Assembly (NCBI GenBank): GCA_964016885.1
Contig: OZ024740.1
Span: forward strand, 362,080,001-362,144,000
From: Eledone cirrhosa
Lineage: Eukaryota
Reading direction: 5' to 3'
Length of the DNA stretch: 64,000 bases
In this document: positions 43,401-55,400 of the stretch, one piece after another
Layout of the letters: each line of letters begins with the position of its first letter
How positions within the stretch are numbered: the stretch's first letter is position 1
Program-made: the position numbers and the translations under genes
Notes under the pieces: generated by a model
Databases searched by the model: none
Told to the model about the DNA's origin: nothing
The model's input: the letters and a program-made list of their open reading frames with translations, nothing else

Positions 43401-46400
43401 TGATCCTTTAGACTGCTCATAGAAGACCATATTCCAGTAGTACTTTCTGTAAAAGGAAAGAGATGATCCTTTAGACTGCTCATATAGAGCAATTAAGTTA
43501 TTGAACATGGAATGAAAGTATTCAAAGGAGTGATGAAAAAGTGGATAAGAAAAAACATTGATAATGGATTAAATGCAGTTTCAATTTGTGCCAGGAAGAG
43601 TAAGTTACTTATATTACTAAATCCCTCCAGATTTTCTATTTTCGAAAACATTTGAAAATCATAGACAATGTAGTTTATCAAGAATATGGTGACAAAAGGG
43701 TTAATCTTTGATATGAACTTAAGTAAGATCTTAATTCAGTAAATATTGAAATAGTTTATACTATGAAAATTATACTTTAATTCTTTCATAATTACAGATG
43801 CACCTGATTCACCACATGGAGTTGAAATTACAAAATTCGATAAATCCTCATGTACTTTGAAGTGGAAAGCACCTTCTTCAGATGGTGGAAATCCAATTAA
43901 AGGTAAATTGACTATTATTTACAAATCTTAATCCACTTGTTTATTAGATTTTAAGTTATGTTTAGGGTCAGTTTTCAGTAAAAATAAAACTGAAAGCTTA
44001 AATATTTCATATAAATGAAAATATATATCAACTTACTAAATGAAAAATAAATAACAGTTTAATATATGACAAATATCCTCATCATTATTGCTTTATGTCC
44101 ACTTTCTGCACTGGCATGGGTTGGATGGGTTATTGTGGTCTGAGTGCAGACAAATTGGAGTAACTTTGTCTTGCACATATGTTCCATATTTGGCATAGTT
44201 TCTTTGGTTAGATGCCCTTCCTAATGCCAACCATTTTAAGAATGTACTGGGTGTGTTATTTTGTGACTCAAGGAAAACCACTTTACAGAGAGGGCTGGAT
44301 GTATTTTATTGAGGCACCAGTACTACCACTTTTAAGCGTGCACAGAGTATATTTTATCATGACACCAGCACTAACACTTTATAGGATGGGTTGGGTACAT
44401 TTAATCATTGTACAAGTGACTCCATTTGCAGAGAGAACTGGATGCATTTTATCATGGCATGAATGTCATCATTCGCAAAGTGCACTGGGTGCTGTCCAGT
44501 GTGGAATTAACATGAGAAAATGACATTTGTCTGTCATTGATTTTATATTTAAATAAACAGAAATTCAATGAAACAGTGTTATGTTTACATTTATGACATC
44601 CTGTGAACTGCTTAGCTCATCCTGTTAAAGTGCTTAGCTCAGGATTATTAGGTTGTAAAAATTCAACTCCTGGTAATCCATTGTGAGCAAGTAATTTTAT
44701 TTCATGTTGCTCCAGGCCACTCAACTGGCAATAATAAATTGCACCTGTAAGGACATCCAGCTGTAAAAACCCCAGTCAAATTTACAGTCCCGTTAGAGCA
44801 AGGTACAATGTGGCCAATCCTGGCCAGACTTGTCTCTCAAAGTGGACGATGCATCTGACCCATGCAAGCATGGAAAAATGGACATTAAATGCTGACGGTG
44901 ATGATGAATCCTGCTGAATATCCATGAGAACTATATTAAAGGTGCATGTGTCTGTTTGGTTAAATACTCAGTGGCATGCATATTAATATCACAAGCAGGC
45001 TGTTTTAACAACTGGTCGTTCAAACAACTGGAGCAGTCATCATCAGAACCAATGGAGGTTCAACACATTTTTAAACACATTCTATTGTTTTACTCTCATA
45101 TTTTGTGATTCCAAAACATAACTTCCTTTGTATTTTTATCTTTATTTTAGGCTATATTGTTGAGAAGAAAGAAAAGAAAGATAAGGATTGGGTGAAAGCT
45201 TGTGTCTTCCCAACCCCAGACACAAATTTCACTGTATTAAACTTAACAGAAGGTCAAGATGTTGAGTTTAGAGTATCTGCTGTTAATGATGCAGGTCCAG
45301 GAAAACCCAGTAAAACTACACCACCTCACTTAGTAAGAGATCCAGTGTGTAAGTATAATTTCCAGTGATTGAAAAACTATTTTACATTATTTAACTCTTA
45401 TCACCCTGTATCACATGAAACTGCATTAGCAAGACATTGACTAAATGACATTAGCACTTTTACTGTATGTCACTAAAAAGCAAAATCTCCAGTCGTCTAT
45501 TACAATTTTTTACGATGATTTGTCCTCGAAGAATACAAAACAACACTAAGATTGTATGACATGAAACCTTCTTCTTCTTCTTGTTTCTTCTTCTTCTAAC
45601 CTGTTATGTGATACAACCAGCTAAACCCAACAGGTGAGAGTTGTAACAACATAATAGGGCTGAGATATCTATCATTAAAACACCCAAGAAACTTTCTATG
45701 AGACTAGCTAAATCTACATATGTGTGAGGTGTATATTTAATTTCTTTTTTTTTTTTCTCATTTCTATTTTAAAGTCCCAGCTGGCTCTCCAAGCAGTCCC
45801 AGTGTTGATAAAATCACCAAGGACTCTGTCACTTTGTCATGGATACCACCTAAAAACGATGGTGGAAGTAAGATTACTGGTTATACAGTTGAAAAGAAAG
45901 GAAAGGATGGTAAATGGCAGCCATGTACTCGTGCTCCAGTTGACGGTACTAGCTTCACTGTGACTAAATTACCTGAAGGAGAAGAGATGCAGTTCCGAGT
46001 TATAGCTGAAAATTCAGCAGGTCCAGGAGAACCAAGTAAACCAACACAAGCAGTAGTTATTGAAGATCAACCAGGTAAGCAGACAATAAATAAGGAAAGT
46101 CTTATGCTCATATAGATAATTATAATCGTTTTACATCCACCTTTCATGCTGGGATGGGTTGGATGTGAATCAGAGAGGCATTATCTTGCTCATACATTCC
46201 ATATATGGTATGGTTTCTACAGCTGAATGCCCTTCCTAGAGACAACTACCTTACAGAGTGTACTGCATGTGATTTATAGTGGTACCAGCACTAACACTTT
46301 ACAGAGTGTTATGTTTTAAAGATTTTAGTTTATTGAGGATAAAAATGAAGTGGACATTACAAATATAATGTCTAAACTGTGTATAACACAATAATATAAA

Positions 46401-49400
46401 TTCATTGAACAAAAATGATAAAGGAAATTTTTATAAAAGGGGAGGGGGGGCAATTCAACACCAGGTGTGATAATCAGCCACACCTCACACCTTATTTTAG
46501 TATTCTGCAGCTTATTTAATTATTATTTTTTTTTTTTATTTCTTTTAGAAAAACCAACAATTGATCTATCGGGTATTAAAGATGTGACTGTGAAAGCTGG
46601 TCAAGATTTCAAATTGTCTTTACCATTTACTGGAGTTCCAAAACCAACAGCAACATGGATGAGAGATGGTGAACCTGTCAAAGAAAATAGCCGTACAGAC
46701 ATGAAGGTAATTTTTTTACCAGTCTTGTAAACAACATGAATAAAAATTTCCAAATTTATATTCCACACAACTTATGTTTCCTATACATTTTATTATTCTC
46801 CTTACTCCTTATAGCCGAAATGCATTCCTTCACACTCTCTCACCTTCCACTTACAGACAGTACTGCTATATTTGACCAATTCACTCAAAACACTACTAAT
46901 ATTATTATTACAGATGTAAAAATAAATAACTACCCTGAATTCCCTTAACTCTATTCATAGTTCGACTGCGACTAAATGAAGTAAAAACAGTTTTTCTGAT
47001 CTGATATAGTTCCTTAAACCTTTGTCTTTTGAAAAGAGGATTTCATACCTGAACAATAAACCACTAATTAAACATTTACATAGTTGTAACCTTCTAAAAT
47101 ACTGTTTTTTAAATTTTATTCTGTTTTTCTATTGAAAAATATATCTAAAAATACTTTTCTATATTCAGATAACAAAAGATAATGCTGAGTTAGAAACAGT
47201 AAAGGCAACACGAAATGATGCAGGCCGATATACTTTAAATTTGAAGAATGCATCAGGTTCGGATTCTGTCAGCGTCAAAGTTAATGTATTAGGTAAGTTA
47301 CTATTACCAAGAACTTTTCTGTTGTCAATAATACTAAAGATGAAACAATAAATACTGAATTCATCACCATCATTTTACGTTGTCTGTTTTCCATACTGGT
47401 GTAGGTTGGGCTGGTTGTCACATTCTGAGATTAAACAGGTCAGATGACTACATCTTGCTTGTGTGTTTCATTTTAGCATGGTCCATATGGCTGGATGCTA
47501 TTCCTAATGCATTTAGTACTTTACAATGTGTACTTGATACATATCACCATGGAACCAGAACTACCACTTTACAGAGTGCACTAGGTATATTTCATCATGG
47601 CACAAGCATCAATATTTTGCAGAGTGGGCTGGGTGTATTGTATCATGACACCAGCACTATTACTTACAAAGTGCAATTTTATCATGGCACCAGCTTTAGA
47701 ACTTTACAGATGGGCTGGATACATTTTAACATGCTCTAGCACTACCACTTTACAGAGTATACTGTGTGCATTATTGCATGCAGCAACAGCACTACAAAAC
47801 AAAATAAATATTTTATATATTGAAAAAGTAAAGAGAAATACTAAATGCTTAATAGAGTTTCTTTATTTAATTAGATGTATATTTTATGTATATTTAGAAA
47901 ATGTGATTTGAATTAATTTGTAATTTATTTATTAAAATAATTCATCTAAAATGCACAAACATTTATCAAATTAAATTTTTAATCATTTTTAGACCGACCT
48001 ACAGCTCCTAATGGACCATTCATTGCAACTGACATTGATGGAGAATCCTTAATGCTTCAATGGCAGCCTCCAAAAGATGATGGTGGCAAACCTATTAACA
48101 ACTATATCTTAGAAAAGAAAAAGACTGGCACAAATAGATGGACCAAATGTAGCAGCTTTATTAATTCACCAAAGTTCACCGTTCGCAATCTTGAACCTGG
48201 TTGTGAATATGACTTTAGAGTCATGGCTGAAAATGATGAGGGTATTAGTGATGCTCTAGAAACCAATGAACCTGTCTTAGCTAAACTTCCTTATGGTAAG
48301 TTAATTTCTTTTTACAATGTTTGTTATTCATGGAGGTAGGCTGAAATCATTTAAATTGAATTTGTCATATTAATATTAAAGTACCAGTAATGCACTGGGT
48401 ATTTGCTGGCCTTGTGCCAAAAGTAGAAACAATTAATATTATTGTACACACACACACACATATATATATGTGTAAACACAGAATGCATAGGACATACCTT
48501 ATCTTCAAACCCCCTCACACCCCCAAGTGTGTAGATCTCGGCTGTAACTTTTTTCCTATTTGCAGACTAAGATAGCGGAAACCCCAAGCATACTTAGGTA
48601 GAAGTAAAACTTTTTCTTTTTTCTTTTTCTTCCCCTTTTTCTTCTCTTACTTTTCTTCATTAGTTACACACTCTAATTACACTTAGGTAGCTCATCCTTA
48701 TCTACACTATTATATTTAGCTTCATTCTTCCTAAGATTAATCCTAGTATTTCCACTCCTGTTAAATATATATTGCACCAGCTGAACATATAGCCACTGTT
48801 TTCTCTTTTTGTGGGTGGTGCATCACTACCGATAATAATTTTGATAAATTACTACCTTGAGAAGCTGTTCCAGTGTTTTGAATGAACTAATAGCTAAATT
48901 TTTTATTAATTCGGAATTATATTTGCTTTGCTACCTAGCCAATGCTTGACCTATTAATTCTATGATATTCCTTGTTTATCATAGGTTCTCACCCAGTGGC
49001 GTAACTAGCTTTTAAAGCCGGGGGGGGGGGGGGATATCCGATCTAAAGGGGGCCCACCAATTCCATACGCTCATTTCCATCAGCTGCAAGAAAATATGTT
49101 CATACGGGCGTCTAGAATAGATAATTTATAATAGAGTAGAATACATCATAGATTACAGAGTTAGCATGTTCCGTGAAAACTTTATTAACTGTAAAGACGG
49201 TGGTCTATCTTCAGAAAAAAAACAAAACAATATCCAGTAAAACTAGTCTTGCAATCGATTATTCACAAACAAAAATTCGTATGTGTAACAAATCGTCCAT
49301 CTAAAACTTTACTTTCACATTCGAGCATATCACTCGTTCTACAGTTCTAATTTGCGATGTTTTACTTTAGAAAGTTTTTCAATCACGATGCTGAAGTCAA

Positions 49401-52400
49401 TTTTTCAGCCAGTTCTCGCTCTATGTACATCATTGCCAGAGCATTCAACCGCTCTTCACTCATGGTACTACGCAAATAATTCTTTATCAGTTTGAGCCTG
49501 CTGAAGGTTCGCTCAGCCTGCGCCGAGCTAACCGGAATAGTTATGAACATTTTGTATAAGGCAAACACGTTCGGATAGGCTCTATCTAAGTCATTAGAAA
49601 TCATAAACGGAATGATCTCAGAACTCGATATGGATTTATCTAAACACACTTCCTTGTAAAAATCTTTGAATGATAAATACTCATCGAAGATAGTGTCATT
49701 TTCGATGTCACCCTCGTAGAATTTCGCAAGATTATCGATTCTCTCTTTATTGCATGTGTCGTCGTCGTCGAAGTGCGCCGGTATCAAGCACGAAAAATCT
49801 TTCACTAGACCGTGCAAGTCGGCAAAACGTTCGTTAAAGCTACTAATGATTGTATCTAGGATAGTGAAATAAACGTCCCGTTTAAAATGCTGACTCATCG
49901 TCTCATGAGGTTCGTCACTGGCATTTTCGTCATGAAAACGCTTCTTTTTTCTTTTCCGTTTTTCTGTTGTAAACTCTGGTTCAACTTGACATTGCTCGGC
50001 GAGATTTTTAGTGTCTGATAATGTTCGGTCAAAATATTCATTTGAGCGGATTTCTTCAATTTCTTTTACTACATTTTTAATCATGACGTCCGCGGAAATA
50101 TAAGTCGATAGCCTCCTTCTGCAAATATTGTATAGCGAGAGTACTGGGTTGCATGAATGTAACAAAACGAGGCATAGTTTGTTGTGTATAATATTTAATT
50201 AACAATGGTAGATAGTATAGTTGTCATGTCAAAGAAATAGATGATAGAATGAAGCAAAGTTAGTAGTTACCGTTTTGATTGCCAGGCAAACGCGGCTGGC
50301 AGAGGACGCCTGACTAAGGCCAGCCAGGCGCCGGAAGGCCAAATGAGAGGCTCTTGGCCTGGTGCCGAAAGGGCAATGAGAGGCAGAGAGATAAGAGCTA
50401 TTCGTTTTATAGGGCTCTGCCGGAAGCTACAGAAAGGGTTCTACTTCCCGTCTAGATGTTAATCCAAACAAGGGAGACAACCGCTACATAACCTCCCGCC
50501 AGAATTTTAGGATATAAAAATCGAATGAAAATATGTAGCAAGTTGGCGAGAATGTTGTAACAGGCATGAAAATTACGACAAAAGAATGTTTGCAAAAATC
50601 AATGATAGATATCAAGGTAGCCAACCGCTCTTGGCCAGAGAACGACTGGACATCTATCTATCCATCACCCAAAGATACAATGTAATAAAGTAAGAGAAGG
50701 GCTCAAAGTTCAAATGTACAAAATATAGTTCACAGGTGTGCAATCACATGACAGCAGGAAAGAAAGTGTGTTTCAGAGAATGAATGCAGGTGGTTTCTGT
50801 TCTGTGGTATATCGTGAAATTTCCAACCTCCGAATGGATTTTCTCACAGGAAGAGTGCTGCAAAAATAAATTCTCTGGCTTTGGTTGTTGGTGAAGCTGT
50901 GTTGATGTATTGCTGTTGCTGTTGCTGATGCTGCTGTATTGCTGTTGCTGCTGCTGTTGTCTCGCTGAGTGAGCGTATTCGGTGTTTAAATTCACAGTAA
51001 AAAAAAATTTTTCAGAAAAAATGAGTTGCGCAAAGTGCTAGAAATAGCAGCCGAAGTTAATGGTCGATGTTGAGAATGCGTTGACCTGGAAGGGTTAAGA
51101 GGCCAGCGACCAAAGAAATAAGCATTCTGAATAAATGCGCAGTTTTCAACGGCAAATTTACGTAGTAAATTTTTAAACCGGCAAATAGGAGAATATAGCT
51201 TAAGGCTGAAGAATCCTTGGCGAGAAACGTTATCTCTGGCGTGCGGCTATCTCTGTGAGTCGAGAATTTGTGCTGCCTACACGTGCCAATACAAGGTTGA
51301 AAAAATAATATTTCTAACGCGCGAGAAAATGATAGTGCAAGTGTGAAAGTGACAATGATGAAAAAGAAAGGCTTCACTTAGCATAATTATTGGTGTGAAC
51401 TTTGGAAAAAAAACTTGAACGATGAAGAAAACGATGAAAAAAAAGGCAATGGTTCATCGAAAATAAATGTTCCTGTTGAAATGTTTTTTAAAGAATATCA
51501 AATTTCTTTTTTTTTTGTTTTGAAAGAGTTCGTTGTAAGAAACGAGAAACATATATATATCGTGAAATGTTTTTTATTTTTTTTTGTTTTGAAAGTGTTC
51601 GTTGTAAGAAACGAGAATATATATCGTGAAATGCGACAGTTAGTTGATGCGTGAGAGAAAAAGTCTGTCTGAACGCGAATTCCACATGTGCGTGTGTCCG
51701 TTTCTTTGAGTATTTTCATAGTTTGTCGATAAATTTGCTGTGTATTCGTAATGTTACCCATACAACTCCAGAATATGCTATCTTTTTCTTTTTTCGGGGT
51801 GACCACTTATAGCGATGAACGGCTGCGTGTTCGTATCACGTCAGGGTTACCAATGTAGCGAAGATACTGGGTTGTATGAATGCAACAAGGAATACATTGT
51901 TTGTGTGTATAATATTTAATTAACAATGGTAGATAGTATAGTTGTCATGTCAAAGAAATAGATGATAGAATGAAGCAAAGTTAGTAGTTACCGTTTTGAT
52001 TGCCAGGCAAACGCGGCTGGCAGAGGACGCCTGACTAAGGCCAGCCAGGCGCCGGAAGGCCAAATGAGAGGCTCTTGGCCTGGTGCCGAAAGGGCAATGA
52101 GAGGCAGAGAGATAAGAGCTATTCGTTTTATAGGGCTCTGCCGGAAGCTACAGAAAGGGTTCTACTTCCCGTCTAGATGTTAATCCAAACAAGGGAGACA
52201 ACCGCTACAATTGTGAAACAGAATGCAGCTTTTTAAGTAAATTCTGAAAAAACTTCAACATGAAAATGAATTCAAACTTGCTCACATTTAGTAACAAACC
52301 TCTGGCCTCAGCTAATACTTTCGGAGAAGTGTTGCGAACATCCCCACTTACTATCCTCTCTAGTGCACTCATTACTGCTGCTAAGTTGTTAATGGTAGCC

Positions 52401-55400
52401 TCTACAGCCTGAATGTGACTAAACCAGCGGGTATCTGAGAGTCTTTTTAATGTTAATACCGTTGAAGTCAATAGTTTTTCTTGTTCTTCTTCGAGGATTT
52501 TCAGCCTTGGCAAGCTTGATGTTAAGAAAACATACAGGCTCTCCAATGTACCAACAAATAATTTACCATCCATTGACGACTGGCTAGCATCGATTAACAC
52601 CAGGTTCAGGTTATGAGCACAACAATGGACGTAAACAGCTTTCGAAGAGCATCCCTCTTTAACTCTAGCCTGAAGCCCAGAAATATGGCCGGACATATTC
52701 GACGCTCCGTCGTAAGCTTGTCCCCTAATATATTGAGCATCCAAGGATAGATCCTGGAAAAGAACTTTCACAAGCGTATCGAAAAATGATTCAGCGGCTG
52801 CTGATTTTAGTTCACAAAATGACAGGAAACGCTCCTGTGCGTGGCCACTTTTCGATACATATCGCAGTGACAGAGAGCATTGATCCTGATGCGAAATGTC
52901 TATTGTGGAATCGACGATGACTGAATAGTATTTTGCCTCTTTCACTTCCGTGATTATTTGTTGAGTACATTCGTATGCCAGGCATTCTATGAATTCGTTT
53001 TGTAATTTTGGACTTAAGTACATAGGCTGTCTTTTAGTGCGCCCAGGCGAGAATAAATGGCTTTCCAAGATCGTATCATACTTGGCCATCAATTTCAACA
53101 ATTCAATAAAGTTTCCTTCATTTTCTGATTTGGCGCCAAGTCCAGCATATTCCCTGTGACCCCTGAAGGCCAGGCCTTGTTTTGCGAGAAATAACGTACA
53201 ATCAAGCAATCGCCCCAATATCTGGCGATTTCGTTCAATTCGCTTATTCTCTTCACGGATGAGGTTATCGATCACCGTTTTATTTGCGTCCAAACGATAT
53301 TTTGTCATGAAGTATTGGTTTTGTGCATTGATGTGAATGGCACTTTTCTCATGATTGGCAATTTTTTCGATTCCCTTTTTGAAGTTTGCCATCCCACACT
53401 CTGGATTACCCCAAGTCTTCGAGTAAGATTCGGCATTTTTATCAGCAAACAGCCAACAACAAAAGCAATATAGTCTGTTGGATTCAGGAGAGTATACTAA
53501 TCAGTGTCGGTCAACTTCATGGATTCCAGCACACTTTCTCTTGTACCAACTGATGTTGAATTTTCTGTGGTTCGAGTCGAGAAGGAAATCAGCAAAAATA
53601 TCTTTCAATCCTGGCTGACAAGGACCAACGGCCATGAGGGCACGAATTAGAGGTGTCGTCAATGGTCTGTCTTCGAAATGTTTCGGGTCGCTTGGATACT
53701 TCTCTTGTAAATTCAACATGCACTCTACTGGCTCATGCTCTGGGATTTGTTTTGCCGATGTAGTTTCCTCTGAATCATTTTCATTTTCAGATTCCGATAC
53801 AGCCATTTTTTCCTCTATTGAGTTTGGATCCCCATTTGGAACTACATCTTCAGTGACTACGACGGTTGTTGAGATAGTCGATGGACCTGAGACATCTTCG
53901 ACGTCAGGTTCTCGTGACTCTCCAGTGCTTTTCTGTTTCTCCAGTTCATCTGACCAGACTGACTCGCCGGAAATTCCGGCAGTTACATTGGTTTGGGATG
54001 CGTCACTACTTGTTGACGAAGACTGTTGACTTTTCAGAAAACTTGTGATTAGATGACATTTCTTTGCAGATTCTTCCCTGGCAGCTTGTCTAGCTTCTTT
54101 CCTCTTTGTTGCTCCAGTTTTGTAATTTTTTTTAGGCAACATTCTTAATGAGCACTATATTGACACAGTTGGAATAATGCAATTCGCTTCATTTGATATT
54201 CAACACCGAAGAATGTAAAACACGTCAAATAATCGACGAAAAACAAAACATAGAGCAAAAGTCCAGGAAATATATATATATATAACAGATTAATCTACCA
54301 GAGTAAACGGTAGTGTCGAATCCGTATAGAGAACTCAATGTAATCCAAATGTGGAAAAATCATAAAAAATACATGTAGTTAATTAATAATGTAAAACAAT
54401 TGGAAGACAGAGTCAAAATAAGACATTGAAAAACAATGAAAAATTAAACAAAGAACATGTTCTTCCTATTAATATTGATTTACACTTTAACAGACGATCG
54501 TTTCAAGGGATCAGATATTGGCATGTGTATTTTTATTAAGATATATATATATATATTTTACAAATTATACAAAGAAAATACAATATACCTCCATCCGCTC
54601 TCTATCGTCAGTGTTGAATGAAAACTAATTTTATTACAAGAATAAAAAACATATCAAAATATAAAGGAACATTGACCGATGGTATTCATTGGCTGGTTTC
54701 TAAATCAACAAAATCCATCGGCTGAAAAGGAGATAAAAGATGAAATTCAATAGAAAGCAGTTAGAGGATGAGGAGGGGTGTTACAATAGAGGAAGACAAT
54801 TAGGTCAAAGTTCTGGACAGAATATTTAAGGACAGCAGAATGTCAGATATCAAGTTACAACTTTAGAAAGTTCATGATGAGAACGAATATTTTATTCCAA
54901 CTAAATATATATTTGTGTGTATATACTCATGCATAATTATACTTTTAATTAAATATTAGGTTAAAAAACTGAGTATCGAGAATAACATAAGCATGTATTA
55001 CAACATTTCAAACAAAAAGAATAATATAGAATTTAGATATCAAATCATTTATATATATTTACAAATCAAAGAATATAACAATCGGTTTTTAATGAGATCC
55101 CTGTGATTGAGGCAAGGCTACTAATTTGTCAATGTTTGGTGTCAAAGCCGTTAGAGAGAGTCGTAAACCACCTCTTCTTCCTATATCAAGGCGATTTCCA
55201 CTTTTTGAAAGCAGATACATAACCCGACTGAAACCTGACTCAACTAAATAAGATGTGGAGAAAGCAAATAAAAAAAATGTAACGCTTTTATTCGACTGAA
55301 TATTCTCCACACATTTTTTAGATGCAGTTGCCATTTTATCCGAAATATATTCTTTAAATAAACAAGAAATTGGTCTTAACTTCTAGTCTTATTAGAGATT

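Larger units (their letters stand above)
50131..52209 (-). mobile_element. Non-autonomous LTR retrotransposon (Gypsy-like, TRIM/LARD type) nested in the hAT transposase
   Basis: LTRs at 50131-50488 and 51854-52209; 4-bp TSD ATTG; tRNA-Trp PBS at 51817-51852; PPT-like TGGCGGGAGGTTA next to the 3' LTR; no long internal ORF. Removing it restores transposase ...[12 protein letters not shown]. Confidence 0.9.
49339..54142 (-). pseudogene. hAT transposase pseudogene (TTF zinc finger, DUF4371-like region, RNase H-like core, C-terminal dimerisation domain)
   Basis: Motifs [71 protein letters not shown]. Lesions: TGA at 53501 in place of Trp, LTR insertion 50131-52209, frameshifts near 50100 and 49400. 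Confidence 0.92.

Noticed and set aside
44230-44500. CRISPR-like regularly spaced repeats (also 47510-47770)
   Set aside because: Degenerate tandem units without unique spacers, in a eukaryotic intron with no cas genes.
50744-50995. Poly-Q ORF inside the LTR element as a gag gene
   Set aside because: Short, no recognisable capsid or zinc-knuckle motif; at most a decayed relic.
51817-51852. tRNA-Trp gene
   Set aside because: Only the 3' half, with encoded CCA and adjacent to an LTR; it is a primer-binding site.
53501-53503. TGA in place of the conserved Trp (RH*LVYS), possibly rescuable by A-to-I editing to TGG
   Set aside because: The same ORF also has two frameshifts and an LTR insertion, so editing could not restore function; simple decay is enough to explain it.
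49383-54142. Host ZMYM1-like (domesticated) gene antisense to twitchin
   Set aside because: TIRs, an 8-bp TSD and disabling lesions identify it as a transposon.
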